This document shows, in pieces, positions 1 through 10,489 of a stretch of DNA of 64,000 nucleotides. Each line of letters opens with the position of its first letter. The first letter of the stretch is position 1. The notes beneath the pieces were generated by a model. That model was not told the origin of the DNA, made no database searches, and saw only the letters and a program-made list of their open reading frames with translations. The stretch lies in assembly GCA_951406725.2 (NCBI GenBank), contig OX597834.1, positions 3,286,001-3,350,000 of the forward strand. Direction: 5' to 3'. This DNA comes from Octopus vulgaris (taxonomy: Eukaryota). The position numbers and the translations under genes were made by a program.

Positions 1-31
1 CACAGATTAGCAATAAACATTAACGTTTACC

Positions 32-1999
32 GGTTAATATAGGGCGTTACGATTATCAGAAAATCAAAAAAAAAATGTGTGTAATAGGTGTAAAACAACT
101 TCCTATGAACGAATATGAAAAAAAAAATTCGCGCACGCAAAAGGGGGGTGGGGGAGAGGCCTCGGAAAATTCACATCGGGAAGTTCCGAAAGCGTCTGAG
201 GGGCTGACCCGGGCACCAAAACAAAAAAAAAATAGTGTAATATGTGTAAAACAACTTGCTCTAAACGAGTATGACAAAAAAAATGCGCTCTCGCGAAAGA
301 GGGGTGGGGGAGAGGCCTCGGAAAATTTATATCGGGAATTTCCGAAAGCGTCTGAACCGGGCACAAAAACAAAAAAAAAACGGCGTAATAGGTGTAAAAC
401 AACTTGCTCTAAACGACTATCATGAAAAAAATGCGCGCTCGCGAAAGGGGGGTGGGGGAGAGGCTTCGGAAATTTCACATCTTCAGTCCACGGCCTTTAA
501 ACTAAGAAAAAATAGTGTAATTGATGTAAAACTACTTGTTCTAAACGAGTATCAAGAACACACACTCACACATGAATCATAAACTCCGTATTTTTGTACA
601 TATTTCCCCCCCCCCAAAAAAAAATAAAATAAAATAAAGAGAAGAAATTCTGGAAAAAGTGAAGAAATGTTGGATCTCATTCCTTGGTTAAAGCTATTTT
701 AAACATTAAATTTATGCTTTTCTTTGAAATAGTTCAGATATATGCAATTCTTCTCACTTATTAAGATGCATTTATCAGAAAAAAGAGACAGAAAAAATTA
801 TTATTTTGTGTCAATCCTTCCCTAATTATCCTTTATTAATTAGTTTTGGCGTGTATTTTTTTCCCAAATTTATTTTTTCACCTTTACAACACTGTTTAGT
901 AAAGCAATTAATTATCTTTATAATTTGCATATTTGACTTATTAATCAAAATTCTCTAGATGTAATATATACTAAGTAATGCATCCTTCATTTATGTGTTC
1001 CGTTCTGTATTATGCATGCGTGACTGTTTGTATGTAAGTGTGTTTAACTGTGCACATGAATGTGAATATTAATAGAACATATTTATTTACTATGATTGTT
1101 ATTTTCAGAACAAATAAATCTTTTGGCTGTTATGTTATTGATGTTATTATTATTGCTAGTTAAAGGGTGGTGACTTGGCTGAATATTTTGAGTCTTGTAG
1201 TATGTAGTTGTGTTAGTCAATATTCTGAGTTCAAATCCAACTCATTTCTTTATCATCATTGTCGATGGACCACTCAAAGAGGTATGTATACATTATCATT
1301 TTCGTAACATAATTTCTGTAGTATTTCAAGATGTTTCTGACACGTATTTTGATTCACATGGCGGAGATCCAACATTTCTTTACTTTTTCCAGAATTTCTT
1401 CTCTTTATTTTTTTTTGGGGGGGGGGGAATATGTACAAAAATACGGAGTTTATGATTCATGTGTGAGTGTGTGTTCTTGATACTCGTTTAGAACAAGTAG
1501 TTTTACATCAATTACACTATTTTTTCTTAGTTTAAAGGCCGTGGACTGAAGATGTGAAATTTCCGAAGCCTCTCCCCCACCCCCCTTTCGCGAGCGCGCA
1601 TTTTTTTCATGATAGTCGTTTAGAGCAAGTTGTTTTACACCTATTACGCCGTGTTTTTTTGTTTTTGTGCCCGGTTCAGACGCTTTCGGAAATTCCCGAT
1701 ATAAATTTTCCGAGGCCTCTCCCCCACCCCTCTTTCGCGAGAGCGCATTTTTTTTGTCATACTCGTTTAGAGCAAGTTGTTTTACACATATTACACTATT
1801 TTTTTTTTGTTTTGGTGCCCGGGTCAGCCCCTCAGACGCTTTCGGAACTTCCCGATGTGAATTTTCCGAGGCCTCTCCCCCACCCCCCTTTTGCGTGCGC
1901 GAATTTTTTTTTTCATATTCGTTCATAGGAAGTTGTTTTACACCTATTACACACATTTTTTTTTTGATTTTCTGATAATCGTAACGCCCTATATTAACC
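32..1999. mobile_element. Non-autonomous foldback-type DNA element with ~640-bp terminal inverted repeats
   Basis: 32-678 is the near-exact reverse complement of 1364-1999. Each arm holds ~3.5 tandem ~150-bp subrepeats. AT-rich spacer at 679-1363. Perfect 8-bp TSD CGTTTACC at 24-31 and 2000-2007. Termini GGTTAATATAGGGCG. Confidence 0.9.
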
Positions 2000-2276
2000 C
2001 GTTTACCTCAACAGCAAATAACTTAATTTACTCAACAAATTATAAACATACCCAGTAGGCGGTGTAAAACGACAAAATTACCGTTGCATAAACCATACCG
2101 GTGTTTAAGTTAAATATCTTTCAGTATCTGGGCATTAAAGAAGTAAATAAAAATTCAAGGGGAAATAATAACTAGGGGAGATAATTAGGCTCTCATTCAG
2201 TTCTATATTTAAGAGATGAGGAATTATGTACATTATTTACAATTGACGGATATTTGTTCTCATCTTGTTTGTTGTT

Positions 2277-2322
2277 AACACACCGTTTCGGCTGATATAC
2301 CCTCCAAGCCTTCTTCAGGTGT
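2277..2322 (-). ncRNA. Degenerate minimal hammerhead ribozyme motif (Penelope pLTR type)
   Basis: Minus strand reads acac-CTGAAGA-a-ggct[loop]agcc-GAAAC-ggt-gtgt: core boxes, stem II and stem I (acac/gtgt) are present, but the cleavage triplet is non-canonical. Lies 3' of a Penelope ORF on the same strand. Confidence 0.45.
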
Positions 2323-2462
2323 CTTGGGGAAATTTCGATGTTTAGTTATTGTTCAGGTCACTGCTTGGAATCGAACTCGAAATCTTGGGGCTGCCCGTCA
2401 GCAATTATGGAGTGAATTTTAGAGCTTATAAATCTAATATTCTCCTATCCTTCCTTAATATC

Positions 2463-3112
2463 CTACTCATATCTGCTTAGGAGGTTGTTGTGTCCTAGTA
2501 TATGTGCTGCTTCTTTTAGTTTCCGTATTTTCCAGTGGTGTTCTCTGCCTATTATTTTAACTTCATCCCAAAGGGAGAGGTGCTCTCCATTCTCCCATAC
2601 ATGATCAGCTATACCCGATATATCAACATCTCCCCGTGTCACAGCTTTGCAATGCTCCTCTACCCTTATTTTGAGGGGGTGACATGTTTCGCCTTTGTAT
2701 AAACTACCACAGCTGCATGGGATGGAGTACATGCAGTCTTTGGTCATATTTTCTTCTATTGGTGGTTTTACTCGAAGGAGATATTTGCGAAGTGTTGTAT
2801 TACTCTTGAATACTGTCCTGATGTCATATGGGCCGCATATCTTTTGTATCTTTTCGGAGAGGCCTTTCCCATGGGGTAGACAGACTGTGGACAGTTTATT
2901 AGCCTCGTTCTCCCTCTTCTTCATAATTGGAGTGGATAGTGTAATTTGGGGGTAGTTGTTGCTTAACAAATCGTTATTGAGCTTGATCATTTCTTCATGG
3001 TGGGTATCACGATCGCTGCTTATATTCTTCGTACGATAATTTAGGCACTGAGCAATCCCTCTCTTTACACTGTATGGATGGTGGGAATTGAAGTTGAGCT
3101 ATCGTCCAGTAA
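2463..3112 (-). mobile_element. Penelope-like retroelement 3' fragment (RT C-terminus, linker and GIY-YIG endonuclease)
   Basis: ORF 2463-2990 has CMYSIPCSCGSLYKGET..LKIRVEEH..IADH..EAAHI (GIY-YIG). The upstream in-frame sequence FTGR*LNFNSHHPYSVKRGI is a typical PLE motif, interrupted by a stop. Confidence 0.85.
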
Positions 3113-3767
3113 AGGTTACAGAGAGCTTCTAACAATGCGGTAAAAAGTTGAGTCACTTTTATGTATTTCAGGCAGAAAGGACCATCATCAGAACTGAACT
3201 ATTCATAAATATAAGTTTACGGAGATCCTGGGCCTTCCTACCTGAAAGAGATATAAAGGTCGCTCAGCTTTCCGTTTCTGCGTTACCAGAAGCTTTCCTT
3301 CTTCGTTATTTGTTATTTTAATTCTCTATCACAAGGTTTCGAGAAAATTACAACGCTCTTCTATAATTGCTTATTTAATTCTATTGCATCAGTAATTAGC
3401 CAAACTCCCAGATTAAGATGTTACTGCTATGCGGTGGTGGTGGTGGGGAGACGTAAAAGAGTCGTGGTTTAATTTCAGAACAAAAATATCTTAAACTTAG
3501 CTGTTGTAGATCAACCATCCTCATTGATAAACGAGAGTTATTTATCTGGGTGATGTTTTATCGACTTACCATGGGTTCGATGCAAATGGAGGAAATTGAT
3601 ATAATTAAAGTGACTTCTAAACGTATTAAATTATGTAAGGGAAATTTATACGACGGTAAATTTGTCGCCTTACACAGCTCGGGATATTTAGAATTGATTT
3701 CATTGAATTCTCTTCTGTTAAGGTGAACTTGACATTCTGGCATGTTCTATGGTTCTTCGTAGTGAAG

Positions 3768-4085
3768 ATGCGTGGTTTAGTGGTGATCGGTTCATGATTG
3801 TCAAGTCGTGAGTTCGATTCCCAACGGCGCATTATGTCCTTGAGCAAGAACTTTAGTTTGAGTTGTTCCAGTCCCACTCAGCTGGCGAAAACGAGTTGCA
3901 CCTGGAATTCAGATGACGAATCTCGTCGTATTCTGTGTCCCGCTGAATTTCCTTGAGAACTACGTTAAGGGTTACGCGTGTTTGTGAAGCGCTCAGCCAC
4001 GTGTGCGTTAACTTTGCGAGCAGGCTGTTCCGTCGATCGATTCAACTGGAACACTCGTCGACGCAAGCGACGGAGGACCAGTTTT
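3768..4085 (+). mobile_element. tRNA-derived SINE (diverged)
   Basis: A-box-like GCGTGGTTTAGTGG, B-box-like GAGTTCGATTCCC, followed by a GTCCTTGAGCAAG central motif. Confidence 0.6.
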
Positions 4086-4589
4086 CCTAGGTTGGGAGTT
4101 ATCTCCCTTGTATGAATTGTCTTAATTGCGCATGACCGGAACTGGTGATGCTGGAAATGGTTCTCGCATGGAATTCCATACAGAGATTTTTTCTGTGATG
4201 TTTCCTTTTTTTTGGTATTTAATTATTCCTGACACTTGATGCGTTGATCGATTCTGGTTGTCTTTCTTCCGACATCGATCGTCTCACACTTTAATATCTT
4301 TCCTTACTTATATATATATATTCTAACCGAACTCGACCGTTACAACCTGTAACAGAAGAGCAGACTTCACCATGGCATCTCTTTCTGAATCTCTTTTATA
4401 GACTTCGCGGCATCCTTTGACCCTATCCACATTCATCAACGTAGAGACAGCAGTGTTATTGTCTGCCACAATATATGACGTTGTCAAACAACAAATGTCC
4501 TCGTGGTGAGAAGAGAATATATCTGCATTGACAAGAAATTGAATCATGGTAAACATTTCTTAGATTTTAAGAATTCCTCTCGAGCTAAT

Positions 4590-5474
4590 ATGGAAAACGT
4601 GAATCATTTGGACGTTTCTCAGACAACTGTTTTTAGCGAGAAAGATTCCATTAGACAGAGATTCAGTGAGGAAAAACCTTTTTGTAATGAAACGCTTACT
4701 AAACGGAAAAATATTGTCTGTGAAATATGTGGCAGGTCTTTTGTGAGTAACAGTAATTTAAGGAAACACATAAGAGTCCACACTGGCGAAAAGCCATATA
4801 ATTGCGAAGTCTGCGGCAAATCATTCTCTCAGGATAACAGTCTTGCAATACACAGAGCAATACATACGGGAAACAAATCGTTTCACTGTGATATTTGTGG
4901 GAAATATTTCATAACTCATAATATTTTAATAAATCACAAAAGAACACACTCGGCTGAAAAACCTCATCGTTGTGATTTATGTGACAAGTCGTTCGTGTGT
5001 AACGGTAAGTTAACAAGACACAGGCGGATACACACGGGGGAGAAACTATTCAACTGTGAAATCTGCGGTAAATCGTTTATTGATAACTCCCATCTTACGG
5101 GCCACAAACGAATGCACACGGGAGAAAAACCCTGCCATTGCGACGTCTGCGGCAAGTCCTTCTTCTCCAATAGTAATTTAAAAAGACACAAAATATTACA
5201 CAGTGGCGAAAAACCATTCCACTGTGACATGTGTGGCAAATGTTTTGTCTCGAACAGTGTTTTGGCAAGGCACAGACGGATGCATGATGGAGACGAGAAA
5301 AGGTTTTATTGTGAAATCTGTGGAAAGACATTCTTTGACAATTCTAATCTTATAGTCCACATTCGGAGCCACACGGGAGAAAGGCCTTATCGTTGCGATA
5401 CATGTGGCAAATCGTTCATGTATAAAAGTCACTTAAACAAACACATGGTTAAACACAAGAGAGCAGCCTCTTAA
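4590..5474 (+). CDS. C2H2 zinc-finger protein ZNF-1 (9 fingers), divergent from the other cluster members
   Basis: Nine CX2CX12HX3H repeats with TGEKP-type linkers. First ATG at 4590 in ORF 4503-5474. Candidate acceptor TCTCTTTTATAG ends at 4400. Confidence 0.92.
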   Translation: MENVNHLDVSQTTVFSEKDSIRQRFSEEKPFCNETLTKRKNIVCEICGRSFVSNSNLRKHIRVHTGEKPYNCEVCGKSFSQDNSLAIHRAIHTGNKSFHCDICGKYFITHNILINHKRTHSAEKPHRCDLCDKSFVCNGKLTRHRRIHTGEKLFNCEICGKSFIDNSHLTGHKRMHTGEKPCHCDVCGKSFFSNSNLKRHKILHSGEKPFHCDMCGKCFVSNSVLARHRRMHDGDEKRFYCEICGKTFFDNSNLIVHIRSHTGERPYRCDTCGKSFMYKSHLNKHMVKHKRAAS

Positions 5475-5577
5475 TTATGAAACGTTAATTAATAGATGGA
5501 CCCACAGCAGCAACAGGTGTATCGTGGAGAACATTTATTAGGGAGATCGTTATTGTCGAACTGTTGTCTCTTGTTAG

Positions 5578-5950
5578 TAGCAGGCATAGTTGTGTGGTAA
5601 GAAGTCTGCATCCCAACCGTATGGTTCTGGGTTCAGTTCTTTTGTGTACCACCATCTATAATCGCAGGCCTTGTGAGTGGGTTTGGCTAACAGAAACTGA
5701 AAGAAACCTCTTGTGTGTGAGTGTAACTGTCACCTTGTCCTGGCATTGTGTGATGCTCACAAATAAGTCACCATAATGCAAACGGTTTGTTTCGTTTCGA
5801 ATATTCTGTGAAGATATGTCTGGGTCTTACCTTACTTGGAAACAGGTGAGGGTTGGCAACTGGAAAGGCATCCAGCTATAGACAGTCAGCCTGAATTAAG
5901 TCCATATGACCCATGCAAGCATGGAAAAGTGGACATTGGAATAACGATGT
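5578..5950 (+). mobile_element. tRNA-headed SINE with RTE-LINE-derived 3' tail
   Basis: Head GTGTGGTAAGAAG..GGTTCTGGGTTCAGT is shared with the 6614 family. Tail GGCATCCAGC..GCATGGAAAAGTGGAC matches the RTE 3' ends in this window. Similar copy at ~22370-22765. Confidence 0.6.
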
Positions 5951-6613
5951 CTGCAGGAGTGATCTCATTTGAGAGAAAGTCTTTTAGAAAAATATTTCAG
6001 AATTATAAATTTGTTGAGGAAAACAAAGTGTATCTCAGTGTGAAAAATGTGAAGAGTGATTTGAGTGTGGGGTGGGGCTTCATCTGCTGTGAACAACAGT
6101 GGGGAAGAGACCAGAGGGAAAAAAAAGCTGTTATTGTAAAACATCTTGGGAATAGTTTTCTGAGATTTAGTCTTAAAGTAATTACATTAATTTATGAACA
6201 GAGAAAGATTTGTTGATGTTTGTCATTAAAGTCACACATTCATTAATCATAATTGGAAAATCTGAAGCCTTAATTAAACTTTAGAGAAGTTTGTGGAACA
6301 TTATTCCCATTGAAAAGCCAGGTTGTTGTGTAAGAGGAGGAAAATGTCACTGGGATGATTTGTGCAAAGTATTCTCTGTAAAGAGAAATACAGAGAAAAA
6401 AAATAAATTTATGTAAAATTTTATCAATTTTGTGATCACTTAAATATTTGCCTTTTTATAGAAATCAAAATTTTATTTATAAAATTTTAAATCAAATAAC
6501 CATATTTGTTGGAGAGGATTTCCTGCAAGTTTTTTTTCTTTTTTCCTTCCAAAACTGATTCACATCTGTAAATAATTTACTAATATGAAATGAATCGCAA
6601 AACATTCTTGGAT

Positions 6614-6960
6614 AAGGCGTAGGAGTGGCTGTGTGGTAAGTAGCTTGCTTCCCAACCACATGGTTCCGGGGTTCAGTCCCACTGCATGGCACTTTGGGCA
6701 AGTGTCTTCTACTATAGCCTTGGGCTGAGCAAAGCCTTGTGAGTGGATTTGGTAGACGGAAACTGAAAGAAGCCCGTCGTATATATGTATATATATGTAT
6801 GTCTGTGTTTGTCCCCACCACCATCACTTGACAACCAATGCTGGTGTGTTTACGTCCCTGTAACTTAGCGGTTCAGCAAAAGAGACCAATAGAATAAGTA
6901 CTAGGCTTACAAAGAATAAGTCCTGGGGTCGATTTGCTCAACTAAAGGTGGTGCTCAACA
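6614..6960 (+). mobile_element. tRNA-derived SINE, young family (octopus OR/OK-like)
   Basis: AGGAGTGGCTGTGTGGTAAG..GGTTCAGTCCCACTG..GGGCAAGTGTCTTC head, TA/TG spacer, AATAAGTAC..GGGGTCGA body. Near-identical copies at 7300-7668(-), 51855-52248(-) and 58482-58870(+). Confidence 0.8.
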
Positions 6961-6964
6961 TCAA

Positions 6965-7285
6965 TGGAAATTGTAGTTGTGATACCAGTGCTGCTAGCAT
7001 GTAAGAGAACCATCCGAACATGGCCGTTGCCAGTGCCGCCCCGACTGGCCTCCGTGCTGGTGGCATGTAAAAAGCACCATCCGATCAGGGCAGTTGCCAG
7101 CCTCGTCTGGCACGTAAAAAGCACCCACTACACTCTCAGAGTGGTTGGCGTTAGGAAAGGCATCCAGCTGTAGAAATACTGCCAGATCGGACTGGGCCTG
7201 ATGCAGCCTTCTGGTTTCCCAGACCCCAGTTGAACCATCCAACCCATGCTAGCATGGAAAGCGGACGTTAAACGATGATGATGAT
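6965..7285 (+). mobile_element. RTE-clade LINE 3' end with (GAT)n tail
   Basis: GGCACGTAAAAAGCACC repeats, TTAGGAAAGGCATCCAGCTGTAG, GGACGTTAAACGATGATG. The same tail follows RT-coding sequence at 11880-12005. Confidence 0.75.
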
Positions 7286-7299
7286 ATTTATATATATAT

Positions 7300-7668
7300 A
7301 TTTGTTTCAACCATTCGACTGTGGCCATGCTGGAGCACTGCCTTTAGTCAAACTAATCAACCCCAGGACTTATTCTTTGTAAGCCTAGTACTTATTCTAT
7401 CACTCTCTTTTGCCGAACCACTAAGTTCACTAAGTTACGGGGTCATAAACACACCAACACTGGTTGTCAAGTGATGGGTGGGGGACAAACACAGACACAC
7501 ACACATATATATATATATAGTTTCCATCTACCAGATCCACCCACAAGACTTTGGTCAGCCGAAGGCTATAGTAGAAGACACTTGCCCAAGGTGCCATGCA
7601 GTGGGACTGAACCTGGAACCATGTGGTTGGTAAACAAACTACTTACCACACAGCCGCTCCTGTGCCTA
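7300..7668 (-). mobile_element. tRNA-derived SINE, inverted relative to 6614-6960
   Basis: Reverse complement of the 6614 family over most of its length. Confidence 0.8.
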
Positions 7669-7760
7669 TAAATATATATATATTAAATATGAGGGTAATA
7701 AATTAACATAATTTATTACCAGCGGTTAGCATGCATAAATACAAATCATAAGGCATTTTT

Positions 7761-8056
7761 AAAAATATAAAAGTGTATAAAATATTTTTATACACAAAGC
7801 GGAGACCATTGATAGGACTCCTTACATGCTAAAAAAACCAGTTAAAACCCAAACCATGAAAAAGAGAGCCGTTATAACACTAGAACGGACAAAAAAATGA
7901 ATTAGTTATTTTTTCTTTGTTCTAGTATTATAATTGGTTTACCTCATGAATTCTCTTTTTTGTGGTTTGGGTTTTAACTGCCCTTTTTAGCATGTAAGGA
8001 GGCCTGTCAGTGGTATCCACTTAGTATATAAAAATATTTTATACACTTATATTTTA
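7761..8056. repeat. Imperfect long palindrome (MITE-like hairpin)
   Basis: AAGTGTATAAAATATTTTTATA..CTCCTTACATGCTAAAAA..AGTTAAAACCCAAACC is mirrored by GGTTTGGGTTTTAACT..TTTTTAGCATGTAAGGAG..TATAAAAATATTTTATACACTT. Centre near 7900. Confidence 0.75.
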
Positions 8057-9054
8057 TATATATATGTGTGTGTGTGTAGGTACATGGGTCTAGTGATTAG
8101 GTTGTTACACTCGTGAGATCGTGGTTTCAATTCCTAGACTGGGCAGTGTTTTCTTGAGTAAAATACTTTACCTTATGCTGCTTTGCAATCACTTCAACAC
8201 CTGACGTGTGGTACACCTTGCACCTGTTTAGGCAACGTCGATTTGATGGGAAGGGGTGAGCTAATGTGCAGCATGAACTCACGATTGTAAGCTCAACGTT
8301 CTAACTACTGAGCCATGTGCCTTCGCACACACACATACACATATATGAATTTTTGAATTTAGTTGATGGACCCCCAGGGGTCGGCAGACCCAAGGTTGGG
8401 AACCTCTGCTCCAGAACAAGATGGTGAGTTGGTAGAATCATTAACAAGCAAAATACTTTGTTGCATTTTGTTTTTCTTTACATTCTGAGTTCAAGTTCTG
8501 TTGAAGTCAACTTTGGCCTTCATCTTTTCAGGGTCAATAAAATAAGTACCAGTTGCATACTGGGGACCGATGTGATTGACTTTCCCCCACTCCCTCAAAA
8601 TTTCAGGCCTCTTATCTGTAGCAGAAAGAATTCTCTTGATCAAAAGAACAATTAATTGGTGGTATCATTAAGGAATGTTTCACATTGTTGTGACCCTTTC
8701 CATTCACGGTTCAAATCCAACCAAGGGATTATGGAGTTGAGAAAACAAAATAGCAATCAAGTACAGGAATGCGATGGTAACCTCCTCCATTTACAGGGAT
8801 CAACTACCTCCAACTCCACTGGTCTGTTCTTCTACCCTAGTCCTTCACATACCCTCACCTTCTCTTAGTCCCCTCCTGCTTCACCCGAACCCTAGCTCTG
8901 TGGTTCTCAATCATTTTTTGTCAATAGATCCCCCCGATTCCTATTTTACTCTGCTGGACCCCCCCCCCATGTGTCAAAAAAATCCTGTTATATTTTCATA
9001 ATTAAATATCATTAACAATTGCAGCATGGGAGGTGTTTATAAACCATTTAAACT

Positions 9055-9315
9055 ATTGCAGCATGGAAGGTGTTTATAAGCCATTTAAAAACATACAAAA
9101 ACTGTTAGATTCACTTCAACATTTAAATTTGTCAAAATAATTTCGCTTTGAGACTGCAACCTGTTCACTGAAAAAATTCTGTGCTGCACAGAATTTTTTC
9201 AGTGAACAGGTCACAGTTTCAAAGCGAAAATATTTTGACAAATTTAAATGTTGAAGTGAATCTAACGGTTTTTGTATGTTTTTAAATGGCTTATAAACAC
9301 CTTCCATGCTGCAAT
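9055..9315. repeat. Near-perfect 261-bp palindrome
   Basis: 130-bp arms symmetric about 9185 (GTGC-T-GCAC) with only a few mismatches. A duplicated arm end lies at 9016-9052. It sits inside a hAT-like MITE (~8898-9484, CAGTGGT-like ends). Confidence 0.85.
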
Positions 9316-10489
9316 TGTGTTTGTTTCAGCACACGATCTCAGATCAGGTCACTTGCTATGCAAGTACATCTCTGTAATAAATATCATTAGTTCTATATAA
9401 ACAAAATGTTTTGTATTTTGTAGAAATATAACCAGATGAGCTTTAACAGCAAAATCTTATTTGGACCCCAGTTAAAGACCACTGCCCTTATTGAGTACTC
9501 TCAGTTCTTCTTGCCTTACTGCCTCTGTATTTCCCCTCTTTTGACTACAAGCCAAGCTCCCTGAATACTGCCTAAATTGTCGTTTGTACTGTACAAGACC
9601 CTTTTTGCTCTGGTGTCACAACAGAAAGCCAACAGCTATCACTGCCTCAAAGTGATGGGTTCAGAGGTCCCTCTATTCAACCTGTCTACTGTTGGGGTTC
9701 ATGGAAAATTGACTCTGAATACTCTGTAAAGTGTTTGACAATAGGAAATGCATCCAGTTGTAGAAACCAAGCCAAATGTCACACGTAAGCTTTGGTCTAC
9801 AATGGTTGCAGCTCCCAAGAAAGAGATGACTCCGACCTTGACAACCCATCAAACCCATGCCAGCATGGGAAGTGGACGTAAAATAATGAAGGATCATGAA
9901 ACACACTTTCATTGAATTGTGACATGACTGCTGCATGAAGTATGCTGGCCTGGTTATTATGCATGTGATGTGGAGGACTACATTCATTGTTGTCCTTCTA
10001 AATGGAACTAAACTTTGGAAATAATCTAATTTCCAAAGAAACAAGCATTTTCCCATGGATGAAAAGAGTTACACCTGAAACTTATCCATCTTAATGGTTT
10101 CGGGTGGTGATTCTCTGTAATGCTTATTTATTCCCATTATTTTGAATTAATCCTGCATTATCTCATAACTTGGAGATTTTCATGATGTGATATTGCGTTT
10201 TTAATGACATTGTAGTGTAGGTATGAGAGGACAGATCCCTACATAAACAGGTAGAATATTTGGGTCAGGTAAAAGGTTAACGAGATGTAGACACATGTAG
10301 TACAACATCCAAATTAATGGTTTGGGATGCTGATATTACAAGTCAATTCTTTCCCAGGGTGGCCAAAATGTATCTCTTTCGCAGTCACATTGTTCTGTCA
10401 AATGCTGGAAAGGAGAAAGTTTGCCAATGTTCTGCGACATGAGGAAGAGAGGCTTGAAGACTTTCCAATTGCCAAACAGTGTGTCAGAG

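Noticed and set aside
56-1975. Eight 80-170-aa ORFs, including mirrored identical peptides on both strands
   Set aside because: They are by-products of the inverted, internally repeated TIRs. Frames break at homopolymer length differences and no domain is recognisable.
4619-5432. Antisense and alternate-frame ORFs over ZNF genes (also 13549, 20252, 20564, 41622, 48893, 49086, 60087)
   Set aside because: Shadow frames of the repetitive zinc-finger codons with no independent coding signal.
6614-6690. tRNA-like sequences with A/B boxes (also 3768, 8078, 39545, 52255, 58482)
   Set aside because: No complete cloverleaf is evident, and most continue into repeat bodies, so they are SINE heads rather than tRNA genes.
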